The position numbers and the translations under genes are program-made. A DNA stretch of 62,871 nucleotides from a virus (Duplodnaviria; Caudoviricetes). Shown here one piece after another: positions 1 through 11,200 of this stretch. The first letter of the stretch is position 1. Each line of letters starts with the position of its first letter. The stretch is taken from positions 1 to 62,871 of IMG/VR virus record IMGVR_UViG_3300042381_000268; one strand, 5' to 3'. Under the pieces are notes generated by a model. It searched no databases. It had not been told where the DNA came from and was given only the letters and a program-made list of their open reading frames with translations.

Positions 1-1
1 T

Positions 2-151
2 AAGCCATCAACAACGTCAACCTGGCATTTACTTGTTGAAATAAATAAGAAAATAAGTATAAGCCCTGACACATATAAGAAAGTAGAAATCTGGAAACAA
101 TTATATAAATTTTACATATACTATTACGATAAATATGCTATCACCAAATAA
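2..151 (+). CDS. 3' end of hypothetical protein (truncated at window start)
   Basis: Open frame KPSTTSTWHLLVE...YYYDKYAITK ending at TAA 149-151, overlapping the next start. Confidence 0.55.
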   Translation, partial: KPSTTSTWHLLVEINKKISISPDTYKKVEIWKQLYKFYIYYYDKYAITK

Positions 152-926
152 AAAATCAACAAGCAATTACGAAGAACAATATAAAGATATACTTGAACAA
201 TGCATTGCATTTGGGACTGAACGTCACGACAGAACAGGCGTTGGATGTTATTCCATATTCAATGCAAGTTTGAGTATTAATTTAGGCGACGGTTTCCCTT
301 TATTAACCGGTAGAAAAATGTTTGAGAAAACATTTAAAACTGAATTTGAATGGTTCATGAATGGTGAAACCAATATACAAAGATTCAGAGATGCTGGCGT
401 AAAGATATGGGATGCTTGGGCAGATGAGAATGGAGATCTTGGGCCTGTATATGGGCATCAAATGCGCAATTTTAATGATCAAAATATAGATCAGATGCAA
501 ATGCTTATAAAGAACTTAATAGCTGATCCAGACAGCCGTAGACACATTATAAGCTTATGGAATCCTGCTCAGCTTGATCAAATGCGATTGCCTCCCTGTT
601 ATTTGTATTTCCAATTCTTTGTGGATGGCAGCTGCTTGAACATGTTTGTTGTACAAAGATCCGGTGATTTATTCTTAGGTATACCTTACGACGTGGCTTT
701 GTTTTCCCAAATACTTTTGTATGTAGCTGAAAAAACCGGTTATAAAGCTCGTAAACTGGATATTCAGATTGTAGATGCTCATGTCTATAAAACAAGTTCA
801 AAAGCAGTTATACAATATTTAGCACAAGAAACGTTTGATTTACCAAGTTATGAGTATAATAACGAAATATTAACAATTAACAATTATAAGCACGGATTGG
901 TTATTTCTGCTCCGGTGGCTGTCTAA
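135..926 (+). CDS. thyA: Thymidylate synthase-fold enzyme, possibly dCMP-specific
   Basis: DRTG, LGPVYGHQMR, SRR, LPPC (catalytic C155), QRSGD and DAHVY motifs; the specificity residue is D186 (GIPYD) instead of N. Confidence 0.9.
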   Translation: MLSPNKKSTSNYEEQYKDILEQCIAFGTERHDRTGVGCYSIFNASLSINLGDGFPLLTGRKMFEKTFKTEFEWFMNGETNIQRFRDAGVKIWDAWADENGDLGPVYGHQMRNFNDQNIDQMQMLIKNLIADPDSRRHIISLWNPAQLDQMRLPPCYLYFQFFVDGSCLNMFVVQRSGDLFLGIPYDVALFSQILLYVAEKTGYKARKLDIQIVDAHVYKTSSKAVIQYLAQETFDLPSYEYNNEILTINNYKHGLVISAPVAV

Positions 927-937
927 ATAAAAAAAAT

Positions 938-1810
938 ATGGAAAAAACTAAGAATTTATACTATTTATATCATATTCCAGGGAAAAAAGTTGGAATGACG
1001 CGTAATATTTATAGAAGGGTCATATTACAACAAGGTTACAAAGATGGTGAATTTCAGATATTAGAATCTTCATATGATAAAGATTTTATAGAGGGTAAAG
1101 AAAAACATTGGCAAGAATGGTTTGGATATAAAAAAGATCTTAACTCTTATGATGACGCAAAAAAAAGTCCTATTAATCAATTTAAATTAAATAAAACTAT
1201 GTACACTAACGTAACAGATCAAACTACAACATTTAATGTTCCAGTAAACAAATTAAAAGGTTTTTTAATGGATAACCTAGGACAAACATTTGAAACAAGT
1301 TATGGCAAATATACTGTAACACCAGAGTTAGTCAGAATATTAGTAGACAATGCTCGTGAATCAATGTACCGCAATACTGCTTGTTATGTATATAATAAAG
1401 TATTATTTGAAGCAACTCAAAAAACAACGCCTAATGATGTGTATTTTGAATTACCAGAAACAACAGATAGTGTATATGATTTAATTAGGCAATGGGCAGC
1501 TGGGCGTGGTATATATACAAGCGGTGATTCTAAAACACAATATACAAAACTATGTGAAGAGTCCGGAGAATTAGCAAGAGCAATACTTAAAAACGATAAG
1601 TCTGAATTAATTGATGCTATTGGAGATATGGTTGTCGTATTAACTAATTTAGCAGCGTTAGAAGGATTAAAAATTGAAGAGTGTGTTGTATCAGCTTATG
1701 ATGTTATTAAGTCGCGACAGGGCTCTATGATCAATGGCACATTTGTTAAACAAGATTATGCGGCTACCACAGCTCCATCATTAAACAATCACATTAAAAC
1801 AACACTATAA
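938..1810 (+). CDS. MazG-like NTP pyrophosphohydrolase with GIY-YIG-like N-terminus
   Basis: C-terminal KLCEESGELA...DAIGDMVVVL MazG motif; N-terminal YYLY..VGMTRN..RR..E. Confidence 0.75.
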   Translation: MEKTKNLYYLYHIPGKKVGMTRNIYRRVILQQGYKDGEFQILESSYDKDFIEGKEKHWQEWFGYKKDLNSYDDAKKSPINQFKLNKTMYTNVTDQTTTFNVPVNKLKGFLMDNLGQTFETSYGKYTVTPELVRILVDNARESMYRNTACYVYNKVLFEATQKTTPNDVYFELPETTDSVYDLIRQWAAGRGIYTSGDSKTQYTKLCEESGELARAILKNDKSELIDAIGDMVVVLTNLAALEGLKIEECVVSAYDVIKSRQGSMINGTFVKQDYAATTAPSLNNHIKTTL

Positions 1811-1811
1811 T

Positions 1812-2252
1812 ATGACAAAGCAAGAAATTGAATTTAGAGACCCAGTTGTACAATCTGTAGTAAATAAGTTTGTAGATAGATCTGATGTTGGCTTTGCAAA
1901 GTATGGCAAAACATTACGTGATGATAGCTCTGATGTATTTGCTTGGCTTAATCATTTGCAAGAAGAATTAATGGATGCTACATTATATTTACAAAGATTA
2001 AAAGAAGAAATAACAACATTGCGAGAAGAAAAAGCATTGCTAAGAGAACTAAACGATATTGATGTTATAGATGCTTTTATTGTAGAAGAGAAAAAAAAAC
2101 TGCCGAAAGATTTAAAAAAATTCAAGAAGAACTTGAAGGAGAAGCTTGGTCGTGGGGATAATACAGGTATAAAAAAGTTTCCAAGTGTAAATGATCCTAC
2201 TCGCTATTGTCTTGGGCGTGATTATTGGTATACAGTTGAAATAGATGATTAA
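1812..2252 (+). CDS. Phage protein, putative all-alpha nucleotide pyrophosphohydrolase family
   Basis: RSDVGFAKYG...WLNHLQEELMDATLY motif common in phage nucleotide-metabolism clusters. Confidence 0.55.
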   Translation: MTKQEIEFRDPVVQSVVNKFVDRSDVGFAKYGKTLRDDSSDVFAWLNHLQEELMDATLYLQRLKEEITTLREEKALLRELNDIDVIDAFIVEEKKKLPKDLKKFKKNLKEKLGRGDNTGIKKFPSVNDPTRYCLGRDYWYTVEIDD

Positions 2253-2691
2253 GCGATCAAAAAAGAAAGGCCCAGTAGTTGCAAAGAAGGTAATATATAA
2301 TGGTATTACCTTCGCCTCTGGTCTTGAAAAGTTTATGTATAAGTCTTTAAAGGACGCTAAAATAGAATTTAGATATGAAGGTGAATCATTTGAATTACTA
2401 CCTAGTTTTAATTTTAAAAATGAATGTTATGAACGACAATCAAATGGTAAAGGAGATTTTATAAATAGAGGAGACAAGAAAGTTCTTAATATAAAATATA
2501 CGCCAGATTTTATAGGAGAAGACTTTATAATAGAAACAAAAGGCAGAGCTAATGATTCTTTTCCTTTACGTTGGAAAATGTTTAAATACTTAATGCACTT
2601 AATGAATGACAAAAGAACATTATATAAACCGCAATCGCAATCAGAATGTTTAGAGACAGTGAAAATAATACTAGAGAAGAGAAAAGACTAG
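2245..2691 (+). CDS. T7 endonuclease I-like resolvase
   Basis: FASGLE, FRYE, YTPDF and IIETKG (PD-(D/E)XK) motifs. Confidence 0.85.
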   Translation: MIKRSKKKGPVVAKKVIYNGITFASGLEKFMYKSLKDAKIEFRYEGESFELLPSFNFKNECYERQSNGKGDFINRGDKKVLNIKYTPDFIGEDFIIETKGRANDSFPLRWKMFKYLMHLMNDKRTLYKPQSQSECLETVKIILEKRKD

Positions 2692-2822
2692 CCCGTAAAA
2701 AATATGCTGAAAGACAATTTGATAAATGGATCAGATGGTCATTTGAAATTAAGGGCAGAATAAAATATAAGGATATATTAAATAAGCAAGAGGAATTAAA
2801 TTTAACCAATAACAATTATTAA
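2646..2822 (+). CDS. Hypothetical protein, 58 aa (not in ORF track)
   Basis: MFRDSENN...QFDKWIRWSFE...NNY* fills the gap between neighbouring genes. Confidence 0.55.
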   Translation: MFRDSENNTREEKRLARKKYAERQFDKWIRWSFEIKGRIKYKDILNKQEELNLTNNNY

Positions 2823-2824
2823 TT

Positions 2825-3013
2825 ATGACAAAAAAACAAAAAGAAGTTGTGCCAACGCCATTACCGGAAGAACCACAAGGAAAAACATGGACATTCTCTA
2901 TAGGTATATATCCTGGAATACTGTTTGGTATTAGAACATACGAGGAAGTTGATTTTAAGACACATGTTTTATACCTGCCATTTATTGACTTTGCATTAGA
3001 AATAGATAATTAA
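2825..3013 (+). CDS. Hypothetical protein
   Basis: Tightly packed in the operon, AT-rich start. Confidence 0.7.
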   Translation: MTKKQKEVVPTPLPEEPQGKTWTFSIGIYPGILFGIRTYEEVDFKTHVLYLPFIDFALEIDN

Positions 3014-3027
3014 AATAATATATAAAT

Positions 3028-4899
3028 ATGAGTTTAAGCTTAGATAAGCAAATATTAAGTGACATTACAGTATACACTAAGTATGCTAAATATTTACCGG
3101 AAAAAGAGAGAAGAGAAACCTGGGATGAATTGGTAACGCGCAACATGGAGATGCATACTGCTAAGTTCCCTAAAATGAAAGAATCAATTGAACAAGTTTA
3201 CAAGAATTTTGTATTTACTAAAAAAGTTTTACCTTCGATGCGAAGCTTACAGTTTGGTGGTAAAGCTATTGAGCTTAATAATGCTCGCGTTTATAACTGT
3301 GCTTTCCTACCTGTTGATAGTATTCATAGTTTTTCTGAGACTATGTTTCTATTGCTTGGAGGGACTGGAGTGGGTTATTCGGTCCAGAACCACCACATTG
3401 AGAAACTTCCTGAAATTAGAAAACCTAATTACAATCGTAAGAAAAAGTATGTTGTTCAGGATAGTATAATTGGTTGGGCAGACGCGGTTAAAGCTTTGTT
3501 TAAATCCTATACTGGAGGATTAACATCACATATAGAGTTTGACTTCTCCGACATAAGAGCTAAAGGAGCTTTACTATTGACCGCGGGAGGTAAAGCACCA
3601 GGCCCTGAGCCACTAAGAATTGCACTAGTAAAGATTGAAGCTGTACTACGTGAGAAAGATGATAGATCTAAACTAACAGATATTGAATGCCATGATATTC
3701 AGTGTCATATCGCTGACGCGGTTTTAGCTGGCGGTATTCGTAGAGCAGCAATGATTAGTTTGTTTGATCTTGATTCTGATGCAATGTTAAATTGTAAAGC
3801 TGGTAACTGGTGGGAAGACAATCCACAAAGAGGTAGATCTAATAACTCTGTAGTATTGTTAAGACATAAGATTGATAAGAGAACTTTCGATAAAGTATGG
3901 GAACGTATTGAAGCATCAGGATCTGGCGAGCCTGGTATTTACCTAACTAATGATAAAGACTGGGGTACAAATCCTTGTTGTGAGATTGCCTTAAGACCAT
4001 ATCAGTTTTGTAATCTTACGGAAATCAATATGGCTAATGTTGAAAATCAAGAAGACTTTAATGCTAGAGCATCCGCAGCGTCATTCATAGGCACATTGCA
4101 AGCATCGTATTCAGACTTTCATTACTTGCGTGATATATGGAAAAAAAACACAGAAAAAGATGCATTATTAGGCGTATCAATGACGGGCATTGCATCAAAA
4201 CATAACATACAATCTTTAAACTATGAAGAAGCAGCACAAACTGTTAAGGAAACAAATAATATTATTGCAGCGGCTCTTAATATCAACAAAGCGGCCAGAA
4301 CCACCGCTGTTAAGCCGGCAGGAACTACTAGCCTTGTACTTGGCACTTCTAGCGGTATTCACGCTTGGCATAACGACTATTATATTCGCCGTATGCGTTT
4401 AGGTAAGAATGAAGCAATCTATTCTTATCTCGCAATAAATCATCCAGAACTGATCGAAGATGAATATTTTAATCCAACATTACAAGCAGTTGTTTCTGTG
4501 CCTCAGAAGGCTCCGGATGGCGCCATAACGCGACATGAATCAACATTAGATTTGTTAGAGAGAGTTAAATTAATTTCTAAAGATTGGGTTAAACAAGGTC
4601 ATGATAAAGGTAATAATACTCATAATGTTTCTTGCACTGTTTCTGTGCGTGATGATGAATGGAAAATTGTTGGTGAATGGATGTGGGCAAATAAAGAGTA
4701 CTATAATGGTTTATCTGTATTGCCTTATCACGGAGGTACATATAAGCAAACGCCGTTTGAAGACTGTACTAAAGAAGTATACGAGCAGATGATGTCTACA
4801 TTACATAATGTTGATCTGTCTAAAGTAATTGAAGTACAAGACAATACTAACTTTTCAGATTCGCAAGCATGCGGAGGAGGTAATTGTGAGATTGTATAG
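3028..4899 (+). CDS. nrdJ: Class II (adenosylcobalamin-dependent) ribonucleotide reductase
   Basis: YNCAF, GGIRRAA, TNPCCEI, FCNLTE, VKPAGT and C-terminal ACGGGNC; no beta-subunit gene nearby. Confidence 0.92.
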   Translation: MSLSLDKQILSDITVYTKYAKYLPEKERRETWDELVTRNMEMHTAKFPKMKESIEQVYKNFVFTKKVLPSMRSLQFGGKAIELNNARVYNCAFLPVDSIHSFSETMFLLLGGTGVGYSVQNHHIEKLPEIRKPNYNRKKKYVVQDSIIGWADAVKALFKSYTGGLTSHIEFDFSDIRAKGALLLTAGGKAPGPEPLRIALVKIEAVLREKDDRSKLTDIECHDIQCHIADAVLAGGIRRAAMISLFDLDSDAMLNCKAGNWWEDNPQRGRSNNSVVLLRHKIDKRTFDKVWERIEASGSGEPGIYLTNDKDWGTNPCCEIALRPYQFCNLTEINMANVENQEDFNARASAASFIGTLQASYSDFHYLRDIWKKNTEKDALLGVSMTGIASKHNIQSLNYEEAAQTVKETNNIIAAALNINKAARTTAVKPAGTTSLVLGTSSGIHAWHNDYYIRRMRLGKNEAIYSYLAINHPELIEDEYFNPTLQAVVSVPQKAPDGAITRHESTLDLLERVKLISKDWVKQGHDKGNNTHNVSCTVSVRDDEWKIVGEWMWANKEYYNGLSVLPYHGGTYKQTPFEDCTKEVYEQMMSTLHNVDLSKVIEVQDNTNFSDSQACGGGNCEIV

Positions 4900-4965
4900 T
4901 TACTTAGGAACAGAATGTTGGATCTATTCATTAGCCATTAATACAAATAACTTAAATTAAATAAT

Positions 4966-5184
4966 ATGAAAGAAAGTGCATTAGTAGATATGCAAAAAAA
5001 GCAGGAGGCCATAATAAGGGTACTGCAAGAAATAATGAATGAGCAACAGCATTTGACAACATTAGCAATGGGGGTTTTAGAAACAATCAAACTAATGCCA
5101 GGATATGAAGACGCAATAAAAGTCTTAATGGAAAAAAGCAAGGCCACAAATGAAGAGCCTGAAAAACCAACACTAGAATTATAA
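4966..5184 (+). CDS. Hypothetical protein
   Basis: Last + strand ORF before the terminator. Confidence 0.7.
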   Translation: MKESALVDMQKKQEAIIRVLQEIMNEQQHLTTLAMGVLETIKLMPGYEDAIKVLMEKSKATNEEPEKPTLEL

Positions 5185-5190
5185 TTTAAT

Positions 5191-5225
5191 AAAAAAAGGG
5201 GACCACAAACGTGTATCCCCTTTTT
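5191..5225. terminator. Bidirectional intrinsic terminator
   Basis: A7-GGGGA...TCCCC-T5 hairpin between convergent gene blocks. Confidence 0.85.
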
Positions 5226-5271
5226 AATTATAGGAACTATTAGGTATGATGCCTATTATCTTTTGCTCCTA

Positions 5272-8200
5272 TTATTCGCCCATTCTTCTTTTTCTTCTTT
5301 TACGCATTTCTTCGCGTTTTTCTTTAGCTCTTTGTATTCTTCTTTCTTTTTTTTCTAAAGCTATTTTACGTCGATACACTCTTATTTCTGTTGGAGATAA
5401 GCCTTCAATACTATCTTTTAATCTTTCAGCATTTTCTCTTCTAGTCTCTTTAGCTTTTAGCAACCCTTCTTCTTTACGCGTTGCTTTAGCGGTTTCTTTT
5501 ATAAGTATATCTCCTTTTGTTCCTTCAATACCAACTGTCCAAGGAGAATAACCTAATCCCACACCAAGTCTTTGTATCGCAGTATTATCTGCATTAAACG
5601 CTTGTGATACATTCTCAACCTTATTAACTAATCGATCCATAGGGAAGTTAGTTCCAACCTCAACAAGTTTCCCTGTTACAGAATACATAGGACCTAAGTG
5701 AACTCTACCATCTTGCATAACGCCCCAACCTCTTTCAGCTATTAAGTCCTTATCGTACTTAGTTTGTTGTAATGCACTATATGTTTTTCTCAACTTAGAC
5801 CCAATTGGTGGCGACATATTTGCTGCTTCAAGAACAACCTTAGCATATTCTGCTTTTTGTTTTTTTGCTCTTTCCTCAAGGTATTTAACAACAGTATTCT
5901 TTAACGTTGCCGTAACGCCTCCAACAAAACCAGTACCTCTAAGTATACTATCTAATACTCCATTTGCAATATCAATAGCAGCATCTTCTTTTGTTTTTTT
6001 CTTTTTGTCTTTTTCTTTATCTTCCTCATCGTCATCAGCAAACAAAACCGCGAACAACCCTTGTTGTAATGTAGAGAACATAATATTCTGTACAGCTAAG
6101 TAATAAGCTATTTTAGATATATTAGTTTTAGCATCACCTCTACCATTTTTAAGATCTAGCGCAGCTTTCTTAACGATACGGGATTGCTGCATTGTAAAGT
6201 TTTGGAATACTAATAATAATCTACCTGCAGCACTCGACTGTTGTTTTGATATATCTTTTGGGTCACCAGATTGCTGTGTTTCGTCTGAAACTTTAGAAAA
6301 ATCCTGCCACGCTTTTGATTCAGCTTCTTGTTCTGTTAGCCCTTCTTTCATGTAAGAATTAATTCTATTTCTATAAAACGGAGCGCCTCCAGAAGCAATA
6401 GCGAAACTATCCGCTAATTGTGTTGGTGTATATCCAATCTTTAATAGATACGATGTTACCGCAACTACTTTATTTTTACTTCCTGCAGCAGCATTAGCAA
6501 TCTCAGCAGAAGCAACATCTTCCCTTAATCCACCACGTCTTTCTTTTAGCTTATCTGAATTCCATATACGAGCAAAGTCTTTCCAGTATTGCGGTTGATT
6601 TAAAAATGCTTTACCCGCATTAAACGGATTGTTGTCTCTCCAGTTTAAGAAGTTAACTGCTCCTAACATCTGTAAAGCAGCGGAACGAGTATTCAAGAAC
6701 ATAATCGCTCCAGTTGAACCATTTACCCAACTACTCCAAGCGGTTGTTTCTTTATCCTGCCCAAAACTTCTATTCTTACCGTTTATCATTCTGTATATAG
6801 AATCTTCTAACGCTTCTCTAACGTTTGTTCCGTAAACAGCTTCTACTTTATTCATATTAGGACCAACTAATCTGCCGTCTTCCCATTTGCCAAAAATATT
6901 TTCTGTGTTTTCAATAAACTCTGCTAAGAATTTCTTTCTACCAGAACCTTCTGTTATATTATATAGATCAGAAACAATAGTATCAGAATCCCAAAAAGTA
7001 CCTGGTGGTAACCAACCATCTTTTTGCCTACCCATTACTATTAACCCATCTTTAAATGCCGCAAGTTCTGGATCATTATTAATAAGATCAGTTAAATAAG
7101 TCACGTCTCTTTGAGATAACCCTGGAATTTCTGTGCCATATTGACTCCATATTGCAACTCGCATTGCTTGATCGTATGTAAAATCTTTATTTGGCGTTAA
7201 CTTTTCAAGGTCTTTTCTAACCTCAGGGAATGATTTTAACAATGCTTTATATTCCTTCTTAATAGATTGTCTTACCGCGTCCATCATGTTTACCCCGTTT
7301 ATATATGGAGTCATTAAAGCATTTTGGAAGAATTTCTTTTGTTCTTCACCTAACTCTCCTTTACCCATAAAATTGTAAAGTAATAATTCAAAATCCGCTG
7401 CAGATGGTGGAACATATAAGTCGAATCTGTTTTTCTTTAAACCTCTTCTCCTTGCGGTAATATCCGAGAATACTTTGTAACTTTCTACGCCCTTATTTTC
7501 TTCAATGATTCTATTGAAATCATCGGACATGGTTAAACTAAATTTAAGTTTAGCTTGCTGTATTTTTGATTTAACATCTAATACTTTTAGAGCATTTTCA
7601 ACCGCTTTAACATTTTGTATTGCATCATCAGAAAAGTAAAAGTCATTATATCCTTCCGCTGCTTTTGCAACCATCCAATCCGCTTTTGCTTGAGCCGTAC
7701 TATTGCCTAATCCGGTTATGTTTTCTAATGGTATGTTAATACCTATTGATGATAGGAATTCATGTATAGGGCCTGCCGCATCAGCAGGACGAGCTGTAAG
7801 AATAAAGAAATTTTCTGGCCCAAATTTACCAATCATCTTCTTCATCTTTTCAACCATTGGACCTGGCTTACCATCTACTACTTTACTAAATTCAGAGAAA
7901 TCAAACACTGCTCCGTCTTCCAAAAACTTAGCCCCTTCTTTAGCAAACTCTTCTGCATTTAATTTACCTTTAGAGCCATCAGGCATTGTGTATAGCACAC
8001 TACCTTTCGTTAATCCAACAGTGTCATCAAAATCAAAAACAGATATGCCCTTAGGTGATTTTGAATATTTTGTTGTTAATGAGTTTGTAACTGCGTCAAT
8101 ATTAATTCCATTTTGCGGATCATATGTTTTTGAAAATCGTACAAACCCGTCACCTAATGTTTTTACTTCCGCATTAGGGTCTAAATTTATTAAGGAGTAT

Positions 8201-11200
8201 AATTTTTCATTTCCTGCGGTTGCTATATTATAATATCTAGAGCCTTCAGAAACATCTCCAGCAATTCCTTTTATTTGAAAGCCAAGTTTTGCAATTTCTT
8301 TATCCATAGAGATAGGAATTACTGCAACATTAAAGTCTTCCATTATATCAGCAAATTGGTTTTTTCTTTCTTGTTTAGACAAATTGCCACTAAATAGTTT
8401 GTATAATTGAGCCCTAGTTTTATCAACACTCTTCAAATGTTCGTAACGCAAATCTCCAAAATCTTTTGGCCCTGAATTTTCATTAAATATCCATTTTGCA
8501 ATAGCCGCTTTTCTTAAAGGACTTTCTTGACTAGAATTTAAACTTTTCCAAAGCATTGCTTTAGCAATATCAGGAACTTTATTTATTGGGTCATAATACC
8601 AATCTAATATTTCATATAAAAATTCTTGGTTTTCTATAGCGGTTTTTTTCTTATTTTCTAAATATTCCGCATTATTTCTATTAGCATATAATTTTTTAGA
8701 GTCATCTTCAATATACCCTTTTCTATTTCTACTAAATCCAGGCTCTAAAACAACTCCAGCAGCTTCTAAAGCATATTTTGCCGCTGCCCAAAATGAAGGT
8801 TTACTAGAATATATTTGATCCGACGCTCTTTTCTTTTTTTCTTTTTTTGTTTTTCTGTCTGTAGCTACTCTTGGCACTTGAGGCACTAATTGATTATCTA
8901 TTATTGTAAGACTATCGTCTCCAATTTGAGCTTGCGACGCTAAAAATGAACCAATTTTTCTTAATCTAGCGCTTAATTCCTCATTATTATATTTTTTCCC
9001 TAAATGAGTTATAAACTTAGAAGTAAATGATTGAGCTTGTCTAATATATTGTTGTTGATTAAATAGTGACCCAATGCTATCTACAATTTTACCCTCTGCG
9101 TCTTTTAATTGATTATTTTTTTGATAATCTAATTTGTTGCTATTTTCTTCAAGGGAAGCATTAATAAAGTTTTTTACATAATCAGCACTTTGTTTTTTTA
9201 ACAAAGGAGCCAATATAGGAGTATAATAACCTTTTATATCTTTTGATAATTCTTTTAAATTTTCATTAGATATGGTTCCGTTATTATAAACTTTTTGTAA
9301 TGCTTTAAAAATATCATCTTCATCAGGAATAAGATTATAATTAATATTAGCCAATTCAGACGCTAATTTAATAGAATTATCTATTATATATTGTTTTTGG
9401 GATAAATCAAAATTATTAAATGTTTTAGAGAATTTAATATTACCTCTATCTGAATCTTTTTGAAATACTGCTGGGAAATTTTCCATAACCTCAACACCTA
9501 GCCTAGTTTGATTAGCTGATAACGCTTCATAAATAGGGCCTTGACTCTCAAGATCCGCATTAATAATATCAAATGCTCCTTCTTCAGCCATTGCCTTTGA
9601 CACAGACTCTTTTCTGCCTCTAATTGGATTACCATCAGGCCCTATTATTTGGGCTAAGAAATCTTCATTAGAAACATTATTATTAACATTAGGTAAACGT
9701 CTAACTAGTTCTGCTCCAGAAGTTCTCCCCGCTTGATCTGTAGTTGTTTTTTCCCTATCAATCTTTTGACCAACCCAGTCCGGGAAACTAACCCACTTAC
9801 CATCAATTTGTTTTTGAATAGCTTGTGGTATACCTCCTTGTCCATCTTTACCCATTAACCAAGTAGTGGTCATGTTCTCGAGGATATACTTTTTGATTCT
9901 TAGTAATTCTTTTCTAAGCACACCGTCTTTTTTGCCCCCTAGCATTGTTTTTATATCAATGTCTAACTGTTTACCAACTTCGTCTCTAATTTCAGAAATT
10001 AATGGCGTTACCGTTCTATTTAATGTGATAGGGGCATCAATCCTAGACTTTAATGTTCTAACTATTGTTACTATCTTGTTTGTGGCTGTTTTTAAGATAT
10101 CTGGGCTAAAAACATTTGATTCTAATGCATTCTTATATTTTGGTTTTTCTTTTACCTCAGAAACAGTTTCTTCAGCTATTAAACCTTTTTCTTCTGTAAC
10201 ATCTTTGCTAAAGTCTTTATCTAATATCCTTCTTGAAGCGGCAATTGCTCTTAATGGTAATTGTTTATTTATATAAGCCGCTAATGGAACTCCTTTTTCA
10301 GACTTATAACTTCTAATAAGATAAAGAAGACCACCGTCTCCGGTTTCTATTTCACTTGTTAATAATTCTCTATCAAAACCAGGGGCATCCATTCTTTTGT
10401 TTACTAATTTTTTAGTAATAGGTTTGAATAGATCTATAATTTCTTGAGCACCATTTACTCCTTTCTCTTCGTATATTCTTTGAACTTTATCAGATGATAT
10501 AGATCCTTTTTCGTTTTTTATTATTTCTTTGTCAGTCTCTTCTTCTGTTACTTCTTTTTTAACTACAGGAGCAATACCAGCTTTTTCTTTTTCAATAGCT
10601 TTTTTAATTTTATCTTCTAAGTTCCTTACTTGTTGATCAAAATCATCTGGATCATAATCGCCTTCATTTTCTTCTAGGTCCTCAAGTTCAGCCTTAAGTT
10701 CTTTTGAAGTTTTAGAAAATTTTAAATCTGTGCTTTTTTCTTCCTCTTCCTCTTGTATTGGATTAGAATAAAGAAATCTAGACTTTATATTACTATCTTT
10801 TCCACCTAATATACTATGATAATCTTTTATTAAATTATAAATATTGGATCCATCCATAGAATCTAAAGACGCTACATCTAATGAGCTTGGATTAGATCCT
10901 ATTATCCCTTTTGTTAACGTATTTAAAAAATTAGATATTCTTGTAAGAGCACTTTCGTTTGGTTTTTTACCGTCTTTAAACGTATCACTTAAAGCGTTTA
11001 ATACTTCTTCCCCATAATTAGTAGCAATAGGTTTGCCATCTTTATCTTCATATGCTTTCATTCTTTCAGAAACTATAGCATGTAAGTCGGGTTGTGATTC
11101 TTTTAAATATTCTAGAAGTTTTTCGCCCGCTTTATTAGCTGTACCTTCGTTTGCTTTAAAGCTAGACTCGGTGATTGCATGCAATAATTCGTGTGAACCA

